A stretch of DNA of 64,000 nt from a candidate division WWE3 bacterium RAAC2_WWE3_1 (GTDB lineage: Bacteria; Patescibacteriota; WWE3; UBA101185; UBA10185): positions 529,680 through 593,679 of the forward strand of contig CP006914.1 of NCBI GenBank assembly GCA_000503835.1, in the 5' to 3' direction. Shown one piece after another: positions 44,686 to 54,446 of the stretch (position 1 is its first letter; each line of letters begins with the position of its first letter). Position numbers and translations under genes: made by a program. The notes beneath the pieces were generated by a model. It worked only from the letters and a program-made list of their open reading frames with translations. It was not told the DNA's origin and did no database searches.

Positions 44686-45274
44686 AGCTTTGGTCGTACT
44701 TGTACAACTCTTCGTGTACTCTTTTGTATGAACAAATTTCGTCAGGTTTAAACCAAAGCGATATCTCTTCCTCAGCTTCTCCTATTGAACCGGAAGCGTG
44801 TATAAGATTATAAATTGTTCTCTTCCTTCTGTTCGCGGCGATGGCAGAATCCAGGGAATAATCCCCTCTGATCGTACCCGGCGCAGCCTTTACAGGCACC
44901 GTGTCTCCTGATAGCGCACGTACTCTTTCGACGACGTTTACTCCTTCGAGCACTATTGCTAAAACGGAACCGGACATCAAGAATTCTGCATTCCAGCCTT
45001 TCACAAGTTCACCGACTTCCAAAGGGTCTGTGGTTCCCATATTAGCCATGAGATCTATGTTGTACTTGATACAGTCATCTATCGTCCTTTGACCTACCTT
45101 CATTTTCCATTCTTTAGAATCAGGATAGTGCCTGCTTGCTAACTCTTTGTCCGGTTTAACAAGCTTCATAGCCACCATTTTCATTCCGGCGCGCTCAAAA
45201 CGATGTATTATTTCGCCGACAATACCTCTCTGAACTGCATCCGGTTTTAATAGAACTAAAGTTCTTTCGATCAT
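44678..45274 (-). CDS. ndk: Nucleoside diphosphate kinase with a ~45-aa internal insertion
   Basis: ERTLVLLKPDAVQRGIVGEIIHRFERAGMKMVAMK is present, the active-site His lies in NLIHASGSIGEAEEE, and the YxxxxRGD-like context TIRGDYS is also present. The 198-aa length (typical length is about 140) comes from an insertion between helix alpha-A and the Kpn loop. Confidence 0.85.
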   Translation of the reverse strand: MIERTLVLLKPDAVQRGIVGEIIHRFERAGMKMVAMKLVKPDKELASRHYPDSKEWKMKVGQRTIDDCIKYNIDLMANMGTTDPLEVGELVKGWNAEFLMSGSVLAIVLEGVNVVERVRALSGDTVPVKAAPGTIRGDYSLDSAIAANRRKRTIYNLIHASGSIGEAEEEISLWFKPDEICSYKRVHEELYKYDQSYA

Positions 45275-45301
45275 GGGTAATTTATAACACCGGGCATTTA
45301 T

Positions 45302-46381
45302 TTAGTCTAGAACAATATCCGAAAGCCCGTAGCTACCGTCCTGATAAACGGACAGGACGCTAAATCTCGATGACTGGAGTGCCTTTTGGGGGTATTCGTT
45401 GAGACTCGAAGTTATGGCACCGACCACATAGTGCATTAGACTTGACCTTTTCGGGTCTACCAAAGAAGAAGATTTATGGTGATCCCCGGCAATTAATGCT
45501 TTCACGTCGGGGGAATCTCTAACCAAAGAGAGGAGCATTTCCCCCTGGCTACGGACTGCCTCCTGCTTTTCAACCAAGGTAGAATCAGTGACCTCACCGT
45601 TCGTACTGCCCATAAAAATTCTGTTAAAAGGGGGCGCCAATTCTTCGGTATATAGGGGCTGGGACACCAGGAAAAAATCTGCGTCAGGCAGCTGAGTCTC
45701 CAACCATGAAATAGCTTTTGGTGTAATTACAGTGTAGTTAGCAGCGTTGCTAAAATATACGAAATTATAACCCGCGATGTCAGTCTCCCCGTACTCAGTA
45801 CCAAACACAGAAGTAAAATTACTGGTGTCAACTGAGTCCGCAAGATCATGATCCCCCGGTAAAACAAAATATTCTACACCCGACCCTTCCAAAATATCCT
45901 TAATTTTTGTCAGTGAGGGAACATCTCCAAAACTCGTTACATCTCCCAGGATGAAAACGTCTTCTATCCCGCGCTCCCGTATCTTTTCCAAAGCAACTTT
46001 TAAATTGGCGGCATCGTCGTGAATGTCTGACATTATGGCAATTTCAACTACGACGTCCTTACCGGCATACACATTTTTATCAACCTCTTCCTCCGGTCTG
46101 CTTGAAGACACTCCGGAGCCCAGATTTGTCTGGGAAATACGTTCGGCGAACTTTCCCGCCACTTCTCCTATTTGTTCTTCATTCACATTAATATTAATCT
46201 TGGCGAGCAGGGAAGAAGATATCTCTCCGAAACGGGCCGAGTCTATGGCGTAAAGCTCTTTTGCCCCGAGCGTAACACCAAGAACCAATGCACTAAGAAC
46301 AACCACGGAAAGAACGAATCTCACAAAGCGGAGACCCGGATGTGTAGAAGAACTCTTGCTTTTTGACTTACGCCCTAACAT
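45302..46381 (-). CDS. Membrane-anchored calcineurin-like metallophosphoesterase
   Basis: An N-terminal TM helix is followed by the IAIMSDIHDD, VFILGDVTSFGD and LPGDHD metal-binding motifs and a C-terminal GDHH. Confidence 0.7.
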   Translation of the reverse strand: MLGRKSKSKSSSTHPGLRFVRFVLSVVVLSALVLGVTLGAKELYAIDSARFGEISSSLLAKININVNEEQIGEVAGKFAERISQTNLGSGVSSSRPEEEVDKNVYAGKDVVVEIAIMSDIHDDAANLKVALEKIRERGIEDVFILGDVTSFGDVPSLTKIKDILEGSGVEYFVLPGDHDLADSVDTSNFTSVFGTEYGETDIAGYNFVYFSNAANYTVITPKAISWLETQLPDADFFLVSQPLYTEELAPPFNRIFMGSTNGEVTDSTLVEKQEAVRSQGEMLLSLVRDSPDVKALIAGDHHKSSSLVDPKRSSLMHYVVGAITSSLNEYPQKALQSSRFSVLSVYQDGSYGLSDIVLD

Positions 46382-46400
46382 TGATAGTAGTATAAAGCTT

Positions 46401-48200
46401 TTACATCTTTTCCACTACTTCGATACCCAAAAGACCTAGTGCTTGCTTCAATACGACCATCGTCGCGTGGGACAAAAAGAGACGGAATTTCCTGGCACTT
46501 TCGGAGGACGCGTCCAAAATCGGCAGTTCACCGTAAAAAGAGTTGAATTTCTGGCCAACCTCGAAAGCATAATTTGCAATCTGGTTAGGAGAATACTCAT
46601 TTGCGGACTTCGCTACAAACTCCGGAAAATGTACCAGAACCGATGCCAACGCCCTTTCTTTGAAGTGCATTGAAAATTCCTTAGGGATAGCTTCATATTT
46701 GAACTTCCCGCCGTCTATCTCGAACCCAGCTTTTTCAAGCACCGATCCGGCTCTTGCATACGTGTATAACAAATACGGACCGGTGTTTCCTTCAAATTTG
46801 GTTACCTGTTCGTAGTTAAATACAACATCCTGCTTAGTATCAACTTTGAGCATTCCGTACTTGAAGGCCGCTAAAGCTACCCGTTCTGCCGTTTCCCGGA
46901 CTATTTTAGGCGATTTTATACTGTTGCGGATTTCCTCCTCTTCGAGAGACACCAGATCTTCCAACACGTCATCTGCGTTGACTACCAGACCCGTGCGCGA
47001 AGACATTTTTCCCCGAGGAAGAGAAACCATGCCGTAAGCGATGTGAACCAATCTATCCGACCAGTCAAAACCCAAAAGCTCAATTATTTTGAACAACTGC
47101 CTGAAATAGTCAGACTGTCTTACATCGACCACGTACAATCTTTTGTCGAACTTATATTTGTCGTAACTTTCTTTTGCCAGTTGAAGTTCCTTGGTGGAGT
47201 AGACCGACGTGCCGTCGCTTCTTAATAAAACTTTATCAGAAAGTCCGTATTTTTCGAGCTTCGCAATAATAGCTCCGGTCCCGTCTTTCACGGCCAATCC
47301 CTTTTCCAAAGCCAGCAATGCAATCTCTTTTCCGACATTAATCTTTTCGCTTTCATACTCCCAAACGTCGAACTCTACCTTCTGGTCTGAATAGGTCTTT
47401 TTCCAGCCCTCATATACCCAGGAATTCATCTTTTCCCAAACCGCCCTTACTTCTTTATCTCCGGCTTCCCATCGTCTGAGCAGTTCCTGAGCTTCATTCT
47501 CAATTTCGGGGTTTTTCTCGTGCTCCACCTCATACATTGTATAAAAGTCGCCCACGTAGTGATCGCTTTTTTTATCCGGAAGAGCTTCGTTACCATGTTT
47601 CATGTACATCAGCATGCTTTTACAGATGTGTATGCCGATGTCTCCCACGTAATTCGTCTTCACAACATCGTAGCCGCAATAAGCCAAAATCCCGGAAAGG
47701 GAAGAACCGATAAAGTTATTTCTGGCGTGTCCTATGTGCTGGGGTTTGTTGGTATTAGGCTGGGAGTATTCGACAATTACCCTTTTTCCCTTACCGAAAT
47801 CGGCTGACCCATAGGACTTGTCTACGAGGTTAATATCCATAGTGTTGTGGAAAAGGAATTTGTCACTTAGCGTAAAGTTTATAAAGCCCGGAGCATGGGG
47901 TTCGATTTTTTCGAAAATAGGGTACAACATACCCTCGAATTCTATCTTCGGGTTCTCGGATGAAATTTCGTGCGCAACCTCAGTTGCTATCTCAAAAGGA
48001 ATTCTATCCAGCTTTTTTGCTAAGCCGAATGAAATGTTAGTGGAGTAGTCGCCGAAGCTTTCATTTTCCGGCGGGTCCGCGACTATGCTCAAACCGTCTA
48101 ACTCATAGAGTTTATAAACGGCCTTAGAAATTAGGTCTTCTGCCGTTCTCTTAACTTGGGATTTTCTAATTTCCATAGACAAAAGCATCATATCATTCAA
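46401..48200 (-). CDS. argS: Arginine--tRNA ligase
   Basis: The class I signature PNTNKPQHIGHARNNFIGSSL (the HIGH motif) and the C-terminal KMSSRTG variant of KMSKS are present. The 599-aa length and the anticodon-binding DALR-type C-terminus also fit. Confidence 0.9.
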   Translation of the reverse strand: MNDMMLLSMEIRKSQVKRTAEDLISKAVYKLYELDGLSIVADPPENESFGDYSTNISFGLAKKLDRIPFEIATEVAHEISSENPKIEFEGMLYPIFEKIEPHAPGFINFTLSDKFLFHNTMDINLVDKSYGSADFGKGKRVIVEYSQPNTNKPQHIGHARNNFIGSSLSGILAYCGYDVVKTNYVGDIGIHICKSMLMYMKHGNEALPDKKSDHYVGDFYTMYEVEHEKNPEIENEAQELLRRWEAGDKEVRAVWEKMNSWVYEGWKKTYSDQKVEFDVWEYESEKINVGKEIALLALEKGLAVKDGTGAIIAKLEKYGLSDKVLLRSDGTSVYSTKELQLAKESYDKYKFDKRLYVVDVRQSDYFRQLFKIIELLGFDWSDRLVHIAYGMVSLPRGKMSSRTGLVVNADDVLEDLVSLEEEEIRNSIKSPKIVRETAERVALAAFKYGMLKVDTKQDVVFNYEQVTKFEGNTGPYLLYTYARAGSVLEKAGFEIDGGKFKYEAIPKEFSMHFKERALASVLVHFPEFVAKSANEYSPNQIANYAFEVGQKFNSFYGELPILDASSESARKFRLFLSHATMVVLKQALGLLGIEVVEKM

Positions 48201-49027
48201 CGTGATCTTATAACAACATTCCCTGCCTTATCGGTGCGTATTACACCGCACCCGGCCTTTTCAAGTTCCTCAACGACCGATGGGGAAGGATGCCCGAAAG
48301 TGTTGTCTTTACCCACGGAGATCACGCAAATCCGGGGTTTGAGCTCAGCCACCAGCTCCCGGCTATACCCATTTACAGCGCCGTGGTGGGCAATTTTCAA
48401 CACGTCCAGCCTCCCCGAAATTAGCCTTTTCAGCTTCCTGAGATCTAACCTCTCCTGCGCCTCTGCTTCGAGGTCGCCCGGGAACAGGGCATCAAAATCC
48501 CTATATTTTAGAAGTAAAACGACTGAGGCGTTGTTAAGGTTTTTGGGCATTTCATTAATATTCCCGAAAGGTACGAACAGTTTTATAAATACACCGTTTA
48601 TGACGAATTGTTCCCCGTCAAAAGTTTTTTTAACTTTATTTTTATGATTATTTTTTACGTTTTCGGGCACGGCTCGTCCGTCAAGAACAACGTCGTTATA
48701 TCTAAGTATGTCAAATTTACACCTTTCGAGGATTCGTTTGAAACCCACAAAATGGTCGGCGTGGGTGTGGGTCAAAATTACCAGCGGCAGTCTGCAAACC
48801 AGACCCGTCCTTTCCAGAATGTATTTATCCGCCGTATAATCAGCCCCGCCGTCAATTAATACCAGCGGCCTTCCGTTCAATTCAATGTAGATACCATCCC
48901 CCTGCCCCACATCCACAACATGTATCGCCAAACCGGGTTCGTTTATTGAATGCCTACCCGCCACCAGTTGAAAAACCAAGATATAGACAACAACAAAAGC
49001 TAATTGAAAAGGAACGGGACCTTTCAT
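48197..49027 (-). CDS. ComEC C-terminal-type metallo-beta-lactamase-fold domain protein (DNA-uptake nuclease domain), encoded separately
   Basis: HVVDVGQGDGIYIEL, LTHTHADHFVGF and LKIAHHGAVNGYS...FGHP match ComEC/Rec2 Lactamase_B domain motifs. Its ATG overlaps the stop of the upstream competence-channel ORF in an ATGA arrangement. Confidence 0.7.
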   Translation of the reverse strand: MKGPVPFQLAFVVVYILVFQLVAGRHSINEPGLAIHVVDVGQGDGIYIELNGRPLVLIDGGADYTADKYILERTGLVCRLPLVILTHTHADHFVGFKRILERCKFDILRYNDVVLDGRAVPENVKNNHKNKVKKTFDGEQFVINGVFIKLFVPFGNINEMPKNLNNASVVLLLKYRDFDALFPGDLEAEAQERLDLRKLKRLISGRLDVLKIAHHGAVNGYSRELVAELKPRICVISVGKDNTFGHPSPSVVEELEKAGCGVIRTDKAGNVVIRSR

Positions 49028-50043
49028 TTATGTTTTTCCTTTGCCCTGATAATAAAAATGGTCAACGCTAAAAATACGGCGTAATAAAACACAAGCATTG
49101 GCAAAGACATCTTCCACGCCACGCTGGCGTTATTAGACCCCGAGAAAAAATTTACGGTGTTGATAAAAAAATCGCAAAAAGGAAAAAGGAGCATCCATAT
49201 AAATTTTGACGGGAGCAGTAACGCCGGAATGCCGAGCACCGTGGTTATAGGAACCGTCCACAAAACGAGGGCGTTTACCACCAAACTTATAAGACTTACC
49301 TGCCCAAACATTCCCGATATTAAAGGCCAAACCATTATCTGGGCGGCAAAACTTGCCGAAAAATCCCCCAATATAGACCATTTGTGTTTAAGTAACTTTA
49401 AAAGAAAACTTTCGACGGGATCAGCGAAAACAATTAACCCGAACGTGGCGAGAAAACTCAGGTACGTACTCGCGCTGAAAAAATTGCCCGGATTGATAAG
49501 CAGCACGCCAAAATAAGAGACAACCAGTAAACGCAATGAATTCAACAGGCGGCCGGAAAACTTTCCGACCAACATAAAAGAAGACATCACCCAGGCCCTT
49601 AATACCGGCGGTTCAAAACCCGTAAAGGCCGCGTAACCGAAAGTGGTAATTATAGTGAGTATTAGGTTCTTAACTTTGTACGGACTGCCGAAAATCTTCA
49701 AAGCATAACCGGCGATCAGACTCATGTTAAACCCCGAGACCACGACCACATGGATTGTTCCCGTCCGCTTTAACGCATCCTTGAAACGCGGAGATTTCGA
49801 AAGGTCGTCGACACCGATCGTCATACCCAGCACAAGCTCACTATGCGGGCTTGGGAGAAACTTTCTCGCCCTTTCCGATAAATGTTGCTTAACAGGCTCG
49901 AAAAACTCAAACGGACCCTTTTCAGGGCGCGGGGTGCAAGAAAAAATACTGCCCTGAGACTTGCAAAAATATAATACGCGTAGAGCCGTAACTAACATAA
50001 GAAGTAAAAATCCGATGTTCCGTTTTAGTAATTTCATCCTCAC
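49024..50043 (-). CDS. ComEC/Rec2 competence membrane-channel domain protein
   Basis: A polytopic membrane protein carrying LVLGMTIGVDDLSKSPRFKDALKRTGTIHVVVVSGFNMSLIAGY, which corresponds to the ComEC Competence domain region. It is followed, translationally coupled, by the MBL-domain ORF. Confidence 0.7.
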   Translation of the reverse strand: MRMKLLKRNIGFLLLMLVTALRVLYFCKSQGSIFSCTPRPEKGPFEFFEPVKQHLSERARKFLPSPHSELVLGMTIGVDDLSKSPRFKDALKRTGTIHVVVVSGFNMSLIAGYALKIFGSPYKVKNLILTIITTFGYAAFTGFEPPVLRAWVMSSFMLVGKFSGRLLNSLRLLVVSYFGVLLINPGNFFSASTYLSFLATFGLIVFADPVESFLLKLLKHKWSILGDFSASFAAQIMVWPLISGMFGQVSLISLVVNALVLWTVPITTVLGIPALLLPSKFIWMLLFPFCDFFINTVNFFSGSNNASVAWKMSLPMLVFYYAVFLALTIFIIRAKEKHK

Positions 50044-50064
50044 CCTTATCCGCCACGGTAAAAA

Positions 50065-50703
50065 TTAGAACGTAATTAAATCTTTTATTTTTTCGTATAC
50101 CGAGTTGGTAATCTGGGATTTTTCCTTGAACTCCTCTACTCCCGAGTAAGGTCTGTTGGCGACTATTCTTCCTGCATAAGCGGCGCCTATGCCGGGAAGG
50201 GCATCGAGCTCATCAAAAGTGGCGGTATTGACATTTACCTTTCCGGCGGACGTGGAAGTTGTACCCGCAACCTCCGGGGAACTCCCCGAGCTTTCAGCAA
50301 CGGGATTAGACTGTAATGACGGAAATATTTCCTGAGAACAGTTACCCCGGCTTACGCTGTATCCTAAAGCCTCGAACGGAATAAATACCTTCTGTTCATC
50401 CTTCAGGATCTGGGATAGGTTGATGTTTTTACTGACCCAGTAATAGTCGTAGTCGGATGTAAAATCGCCGGCAATTTTGATGGCGTCTATCATCCTGCCG
50501 CCTTCTTTAATATCATACACACCCGGGTTGGACACCGCGCCTGTGATTTCCACTGCGATATCGGCGGCATCGACGCAGATATTTTCTACGCCGTTGTCCG
50601 GAGGTTTGTCGGAATAGAAGACCGGATAAATCTGCGATACAACATACCCGGTTATAAAGGCTAATCCTACGGCTAAAATAATCGAAACCCTGTTTGAAGA
50701 CAC
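50065..50703 (-). CDS. comEA: Competence protein ComEA (SLBB domain plus tandem helix-hairpin-helix DNA-binding domain)
   Basis: An N-terminal TM is followed by VNVNTATFDELDALPGIGAAYAGRIVANRPYSGVEEF, which matches the ComEA HhH motif (NINTAS..EL..LPGIG...A..I...R). Confidence 0.75.
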   Translation of the reverse strand: MSSNRVSIILAVGLAFITGYVVSQIYPVFYSDKPPDNGVENICVDAADIAVEITGAVSNPGVYDIKEGGRMIDAIKIAGDFTSDYDYYWVSKNINLSQILKDEQKVFIPFEALGYSVSRGNCSQEIFPSLQSNPVAESSGSSPEVAGTTSTSAGKVNVNTATFDELDALPGIGAAYAGRIVANRPYSGVEEFKEKSQITNSVYEKIKDLITF

Positions 50704-50907
50704 GCCTTATCGTAAGTTCATATGCTTAAAAAATAAATGGAGATGGGTCTATCTTCGGTAGAAATCCGATTATTTAATTACCGCGGAATAAACGCAAGGC
50801 GATGCCTTGAATACAATATGTAATGACTTAACACAACTTATTACCGCATAATTAACGCGTGGGTAGGTTCGCAACGGCAAGCCGGGAAAAAACGGAAATA
50901 AAAAAAC

Positions 50908-51222
50908 TCAGTCTTCCAGAGCTTTTAGCAGGATTTCTTTGAAAACCTTACTTCTGTTTAAATCCTTTAGAAGAGCCACAAACCTCGTCTCATTTATTCT
51001 GTAGTAAACTTCTCTGCCCTTTTTGTCATTCTTCAAAAAACCAAGGGAGGCTAAAACCCTGAGATGATGAGATGCCAGATTTTCTTCTACATTAAGCCTA
51101 TCCGCCACCTCCGAAACATTTCTCTGACCCGTACTTAAATACTGGATAATCTTTAGGCGGTTCTTGTCTGCCAAGGCCTTAGAAACTTTTTCTAACATCA
51201 TAATGCCTGGAATATACAACAT
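50908..51222 (-). CDS. ArsR/SmtB-family transcriptional regulator
   Basis: LADKNRLKIIQYLSTGQRNVSEVADRLNVEENLASHHLRVLASLGFL is a winged-HTH ArsR signature. Confidence 0.65.
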   Translation of the reverse strand: MLYIPGIMMLEKVSKALADKNRLKIIQYLSTGQRNVSEVADRLNVEENLASHHLRVLASLGFLKNDKKGREVYYRINETRFVALLKDLNRSKVFKEILLKALED

Positions 51223-51235
51223 GATTTAAAATAAT

Positions 51236-52756
51236 TCAAGGTTTGTCATTCTTTACCCTATATTGGACGGCTTCCGCCAGGTGGGCCGCTGAGATTTCCG
51301 AAGCATTTTCCAGATCCGCTATGGTCCTGGATACCGCCAGTATTCTGTGAACTGCCCGTGTGGATAATCCGTATCTTGAAACCGTCATTTCTAACAGGGA
51401 CGAAGCATCCCCCTCCAGGTTACATATTCTATTTATACTGTTGTAAGGTATCCCGGAATTGTAACTGATTCCCAAATGCGCGAGCCTGTTCCTTTGAATA
51501 GAAACCGCCTTTCCGATCTGCTCTCTGACAGGACATGTCGCGTGGCATTCTTCTCCGTTTTTTAGACGGGACGCTTCCAAGGAAGAACCGGATACATAAG
51601 TTAAAATATCGAATCTTTCCAATAAGGATGCATTCATCCTCATATTGTAGGTGTTTATATCTTTTCCGTTACATTTGCACTGTCTATCCTCTGCCCCGAG
51701 CAGACCGCACATACAATTGTTTGCCGCTCCTATCAATAGGAAATCAGCGGGATAAGAAACAGGAACCCCCTCATTGTGGAACTCTATCTTCTTAAGATCA
51801 ATGACCGTTTTTAGAGAGTTCAAGACTTTGGGTCTAAAAAGGTGCATTTCGTCCAGGAAAAGTATTCCCTTGTGTCCCAAAGTTGCCTCTCCGGGCATTC
51901 TGGGACTTCCTATTAAACTGCCCTCACTGACGGAAATGTGGGGTCTTCTAAATGGCGTTGTTACAACATTTTCTACGGGCAGTCCGCATAAAACTCCGGC
52001 TTTTAATATTTCCACTACATCTTTTGTGGTACCCGCAGGAAACATACGAGCACTCTTCTCTGCCAATAAGGACTTTCCCGTACCCGAGGGACCGAGCATT
52101 AAAATATTGTGGTGTCCGGAAATACTTATCGTCAAAGCACGTTTCGCACGAGCGTTTCCGAGTACGTTACAGAAACATCCCGCCCCGCCCCTGATCTCCG
52201 GAACATAACTATGTGACAAAGACTGACTTTCAATCAAAGTCATTCCGTTGCCTTTAATAAAAAACTTCGCCGCGTCACCCAAAGAGGACAATTTATATAC
52301 ATTTAGGTCATTTTTCTTTTCGTTAAAATAATAGGACTTGTCCGGTATAAACAACCGACCTATTCTCCCCGACGCCCACCCGTCGTCCATGAATATAGTT
52401 TTAACCGAAGGAACGAGATAACCTGCCGAGTCGACACCGCCGTAGAAAAGATCCGATGTACCGGAAACCGACCCCGAATGAACAAGTAAAATACTCATTG
52501 ATATAGGAAACTCTATGTCTGCAAGGTCAGAAATTAAACCCGCCGGATACACATTCACGTTCATTTTCTTGTTTGGAAATTCCAGTCCGGAGTTGCTAAA
52601 GGCAGTTCTGATCTTTCTTATACTTTTCACACACTCCCCACCCTTCACACCCGTTACCTCGACCCTCGGTATGCCCCGAGACGAAATAGTAACCTCAATG
52701 TCGAGATCAACAACCGTAGAACCCTTAATAACGAACGACCTAACTTTATAGTACAT
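51236..52756 (-). CDS. comM: YifB/ComM-family Mg-chelatase-like AAA+ ATPase (competence helicase ComM)
   Basis: It has an N-terminal Lon-protease-like domain, a Walker A (ILMLGPSGTGKSLLAEK), a Walker B (ILFLDEMHLFRPKVLNSL), and LLERFDIL plus a C-terminal Mg_chelatase_C region. Confidence 0.8.
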   Translation of the reverse strand: MYYKVRSFVIKGSTVVDLDIEVTISSRGIPRVEVTGVKGGECVKSIRKIRTAFSNSGLEFPNKKMNVNVYPAGLISDLADIEFPISMSILLVHSGSVSGTSDLFYGGVDSAGYLVPSVKTIFMDDGWASGRIGRLFIPDKSYYFNEKKNDLNVYKLSSLGDAAKFFIKGNGMTLIESQSLSHSYVPEIRGGAGCFCNVLGNARAKRALTISISGHHNILMLGPSGTGKSLLAEKSARMFPAGTTKDVVEILKAGVLCGLPVENVVTTPFRRPHISVSEGSLIGSPRMPGEATLGHKGILFLDEMHLFRPKVLNSLKTVIDLKKIEFHNEGVPVSYPADFLLIGAANNCMCGLLGAEDRQCKCNGKDINTYNMRMNASLLERFDILTYVSGSSLEASRLKNGEECHATCPVREQIGKAVSIQRNRLAHLGISYNSGIPYNSINRICNLEGDASSLLEMTVSRYGLSTRAVHRILAVSRTIADLENASEISAAHLAEAVQYRVKNDKP

Positions 52757-53636
52757 AATAGACGCCTCCCTTTTCGAAAATCAGATTTTTCAGCATCATT
52801 TCAACGATAATTTTGTTCAGAACGGGCCCGGGAATTCCTGTTTCACTGCTCAGATCATCGAAGTCCGGACTCTTTTCCTTTAGTACGGAAAGAATACGTG
52901 ATTCCCTGTCATCGTCCGCGGCTGTCGTGCCGTTTCGGCGTGTTTCCTCCTTATTAATGCCCATCTCATTCATAAGCTGTCCGGGCGAAAGATAAATCTC
53001 CGCCCCCTCGGCGGCCAGCTTGTTTGTCCCCGCCGATCTCTCTGTGTAAATATCCCCGGGGACGCTGAAAATTTTCCTACCGTACTTAGAGGCAAAATAG
53101 GCAGTAATCATGGAACCGCTGTTTAAGGAGGCTTCGACAACCAAAAGTACTTTGGATAAGGCCGCTATTATTCTGTTCCTCTTTGGATAGGTCCATTTTC
53201 GAGGTTTAAACCCGTCCTCAAATTCCGAAACTACTGCCCCTCCGCCCCTTACTATCCTTTTATACAGTTCTTTATTTGTTGAGGGGTGGACAATATCACA
53301 ACCGCAGGGCATTACAGCAACAGTAATGCAACCCGCGCCTAAAGCAAATTCGTGGGCGTAGCTATCGGTACCTGCGGTGAAGCCGGAAACGACAATAAGT
53401 TCGGTGTCCTTTAAAAAATAAAAAAGTTCGCGCAAAACCCTAATACCGTAAGGGGAGATCCTCCTGCTTCCCACGATACCAAGACCTTTCTCACTAAAAC
53501 CCGTCGGCAGTGTTCCCCGCACGTATAAATTTTCCGGAAGTCCTTTAACAGGCCCGCCGCACGAAGGAAAGACCACTATGTCAGACGGAGCCGCGTTTAT
53601 CATGTATACAAATATGATACCGGCGCCATAAAACAC
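52746..53636 (-). CDS. dprA: DNA-processing protein DprA (Smf)
   Basis: GIVGSRRISPYGIRVL is the Rossmann-like DprA core. FTAGTDSYAHEFAL and the LVVEASLNSGSMITA motif are also present. Confidence 0.8.
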   Translation of the reverse strand: MFYGAGIIFVYMINAAPSDIVVFPSCGGPVKGLPENLYVRGTLPTGFSEKGLGIVGSRRISPYGIRVLRELFYFLKDTELIVVSGFTAGTDSYAHEFALGAGCITVAVMPCGCDIVHPSTNKELYKRIVRGGGAVVSEFEDGFKPRKWTYPKRNRIIAALSKVLLVVEASLNSGSMITAYFASKYGRKIFSVPGDIYTERSAGTNKLAAEGAEIYLSPGQLMNEMGINKEETRRNGTTAADDDRESRILSVLKEKSPDFDDLSSETGIPGPVLNKIIVEMMLKNLIFEKGGVYYVL

Positions 53637-53689
53637 AATATTCGGAGTTCCAGCCAGATTAGAAAAATACTATTTGCTATAATGCGTTT

Positions 53690-54364
53690 ATGGAAAAAAT
53701 GTTAAGCACCGATGAACTCGTATTAAAAGCACGCGAAACGGGAGTTGATTTTGGTAAGGGCGATCCTTACAACAGACTCAGGTACTACACAAAGATCGGG
53801 TGGCTACCTCATATGACAAGACAAAAGGACAGCGATGGCAATATAAGGGGGCACTACCCCGATTGGGTTCTGGGCCAACTGGTCACTATTGAAAAACTCA
53901 AGGCCGAAGGAGCCGGTAACGACGAAATAGCCAAACAAATAGAAACAAAGAATAAATACACGAACCTGCTGAATCTCATAAAATCCAAAGAGGTTAGAAC
54001 CCAGCTGATTTCCTACTCCACTTTAATACTTTTGCTCATAATATCCGCCAATGAATTCGGAGTCATTAATATAGGTAACCAGAAATCAAGTCTTATAGAA
54101 GCATACTCATCACAGGGAACGAACAGCGATAGTATTGAGATACTGGCTTCGGGCTCGACTATAGTTCCCAAAGGCCGTTCTACCGTATTCGTGAACAGTA
54201 AGAACCTGACCGCCGACGCTAAAGTAATTATCACTTTTACTCAAAGTTTTTCACCGGCTACCGCTTATTGGGTAACTAATGTAAAGGCGGGCGAAGGGTT
54301 TGAACTCAGACTCGACACGCCGCTTTATTACGACACATCTTTTAACTGGTTCGTGTCCAAATAG
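53690..54364 (+). CDS. Membrane-tethered MerR-type HTH protein (HTH, one TM helix, a ~100-aa beta-rich ectodomain)
   Basis: aa 5-70 (STDELVLKARETGVDFGKGDPYNRLRYYTKIGWLPHMTRQKDSDGNIRGHYPDWVLGQLVTIEKLKAEG) is a MerR/TipA-like HTH. A TM helix (LISYSTLILLLIISANEFGV) follows, then a C-terminal domain rich in T/V/S beta-strands. Confidence 0.55.
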   Translation: MEKMLSTDELVLKARETGVDFGKGDPYNRLRYYTKIGWLPHMTRQKDSDGNIRGHYPDWVLGQLVTIEKLKAEGAGNDEIAKQIETKNKYTNLLNLIKSKEVRTQLISYSTLILLLIISANEFGVINIGNQKSSLIEAYSSQGTNSDSIEILASGSTIVPKGRSTVFVNSKNLTADAKVIITFTQSFSPATAYWVTNVKAGEGFELRLDTPLYYDTSFNWFVSK

Positions 54365-54446
54365 CGTAACTACAACAATTAACTATTGCTTTCCCTTTAC
54401 GAGAAAACCCCTTGACAGACTTATTTTCTGCGTACAAACTTGAGAT

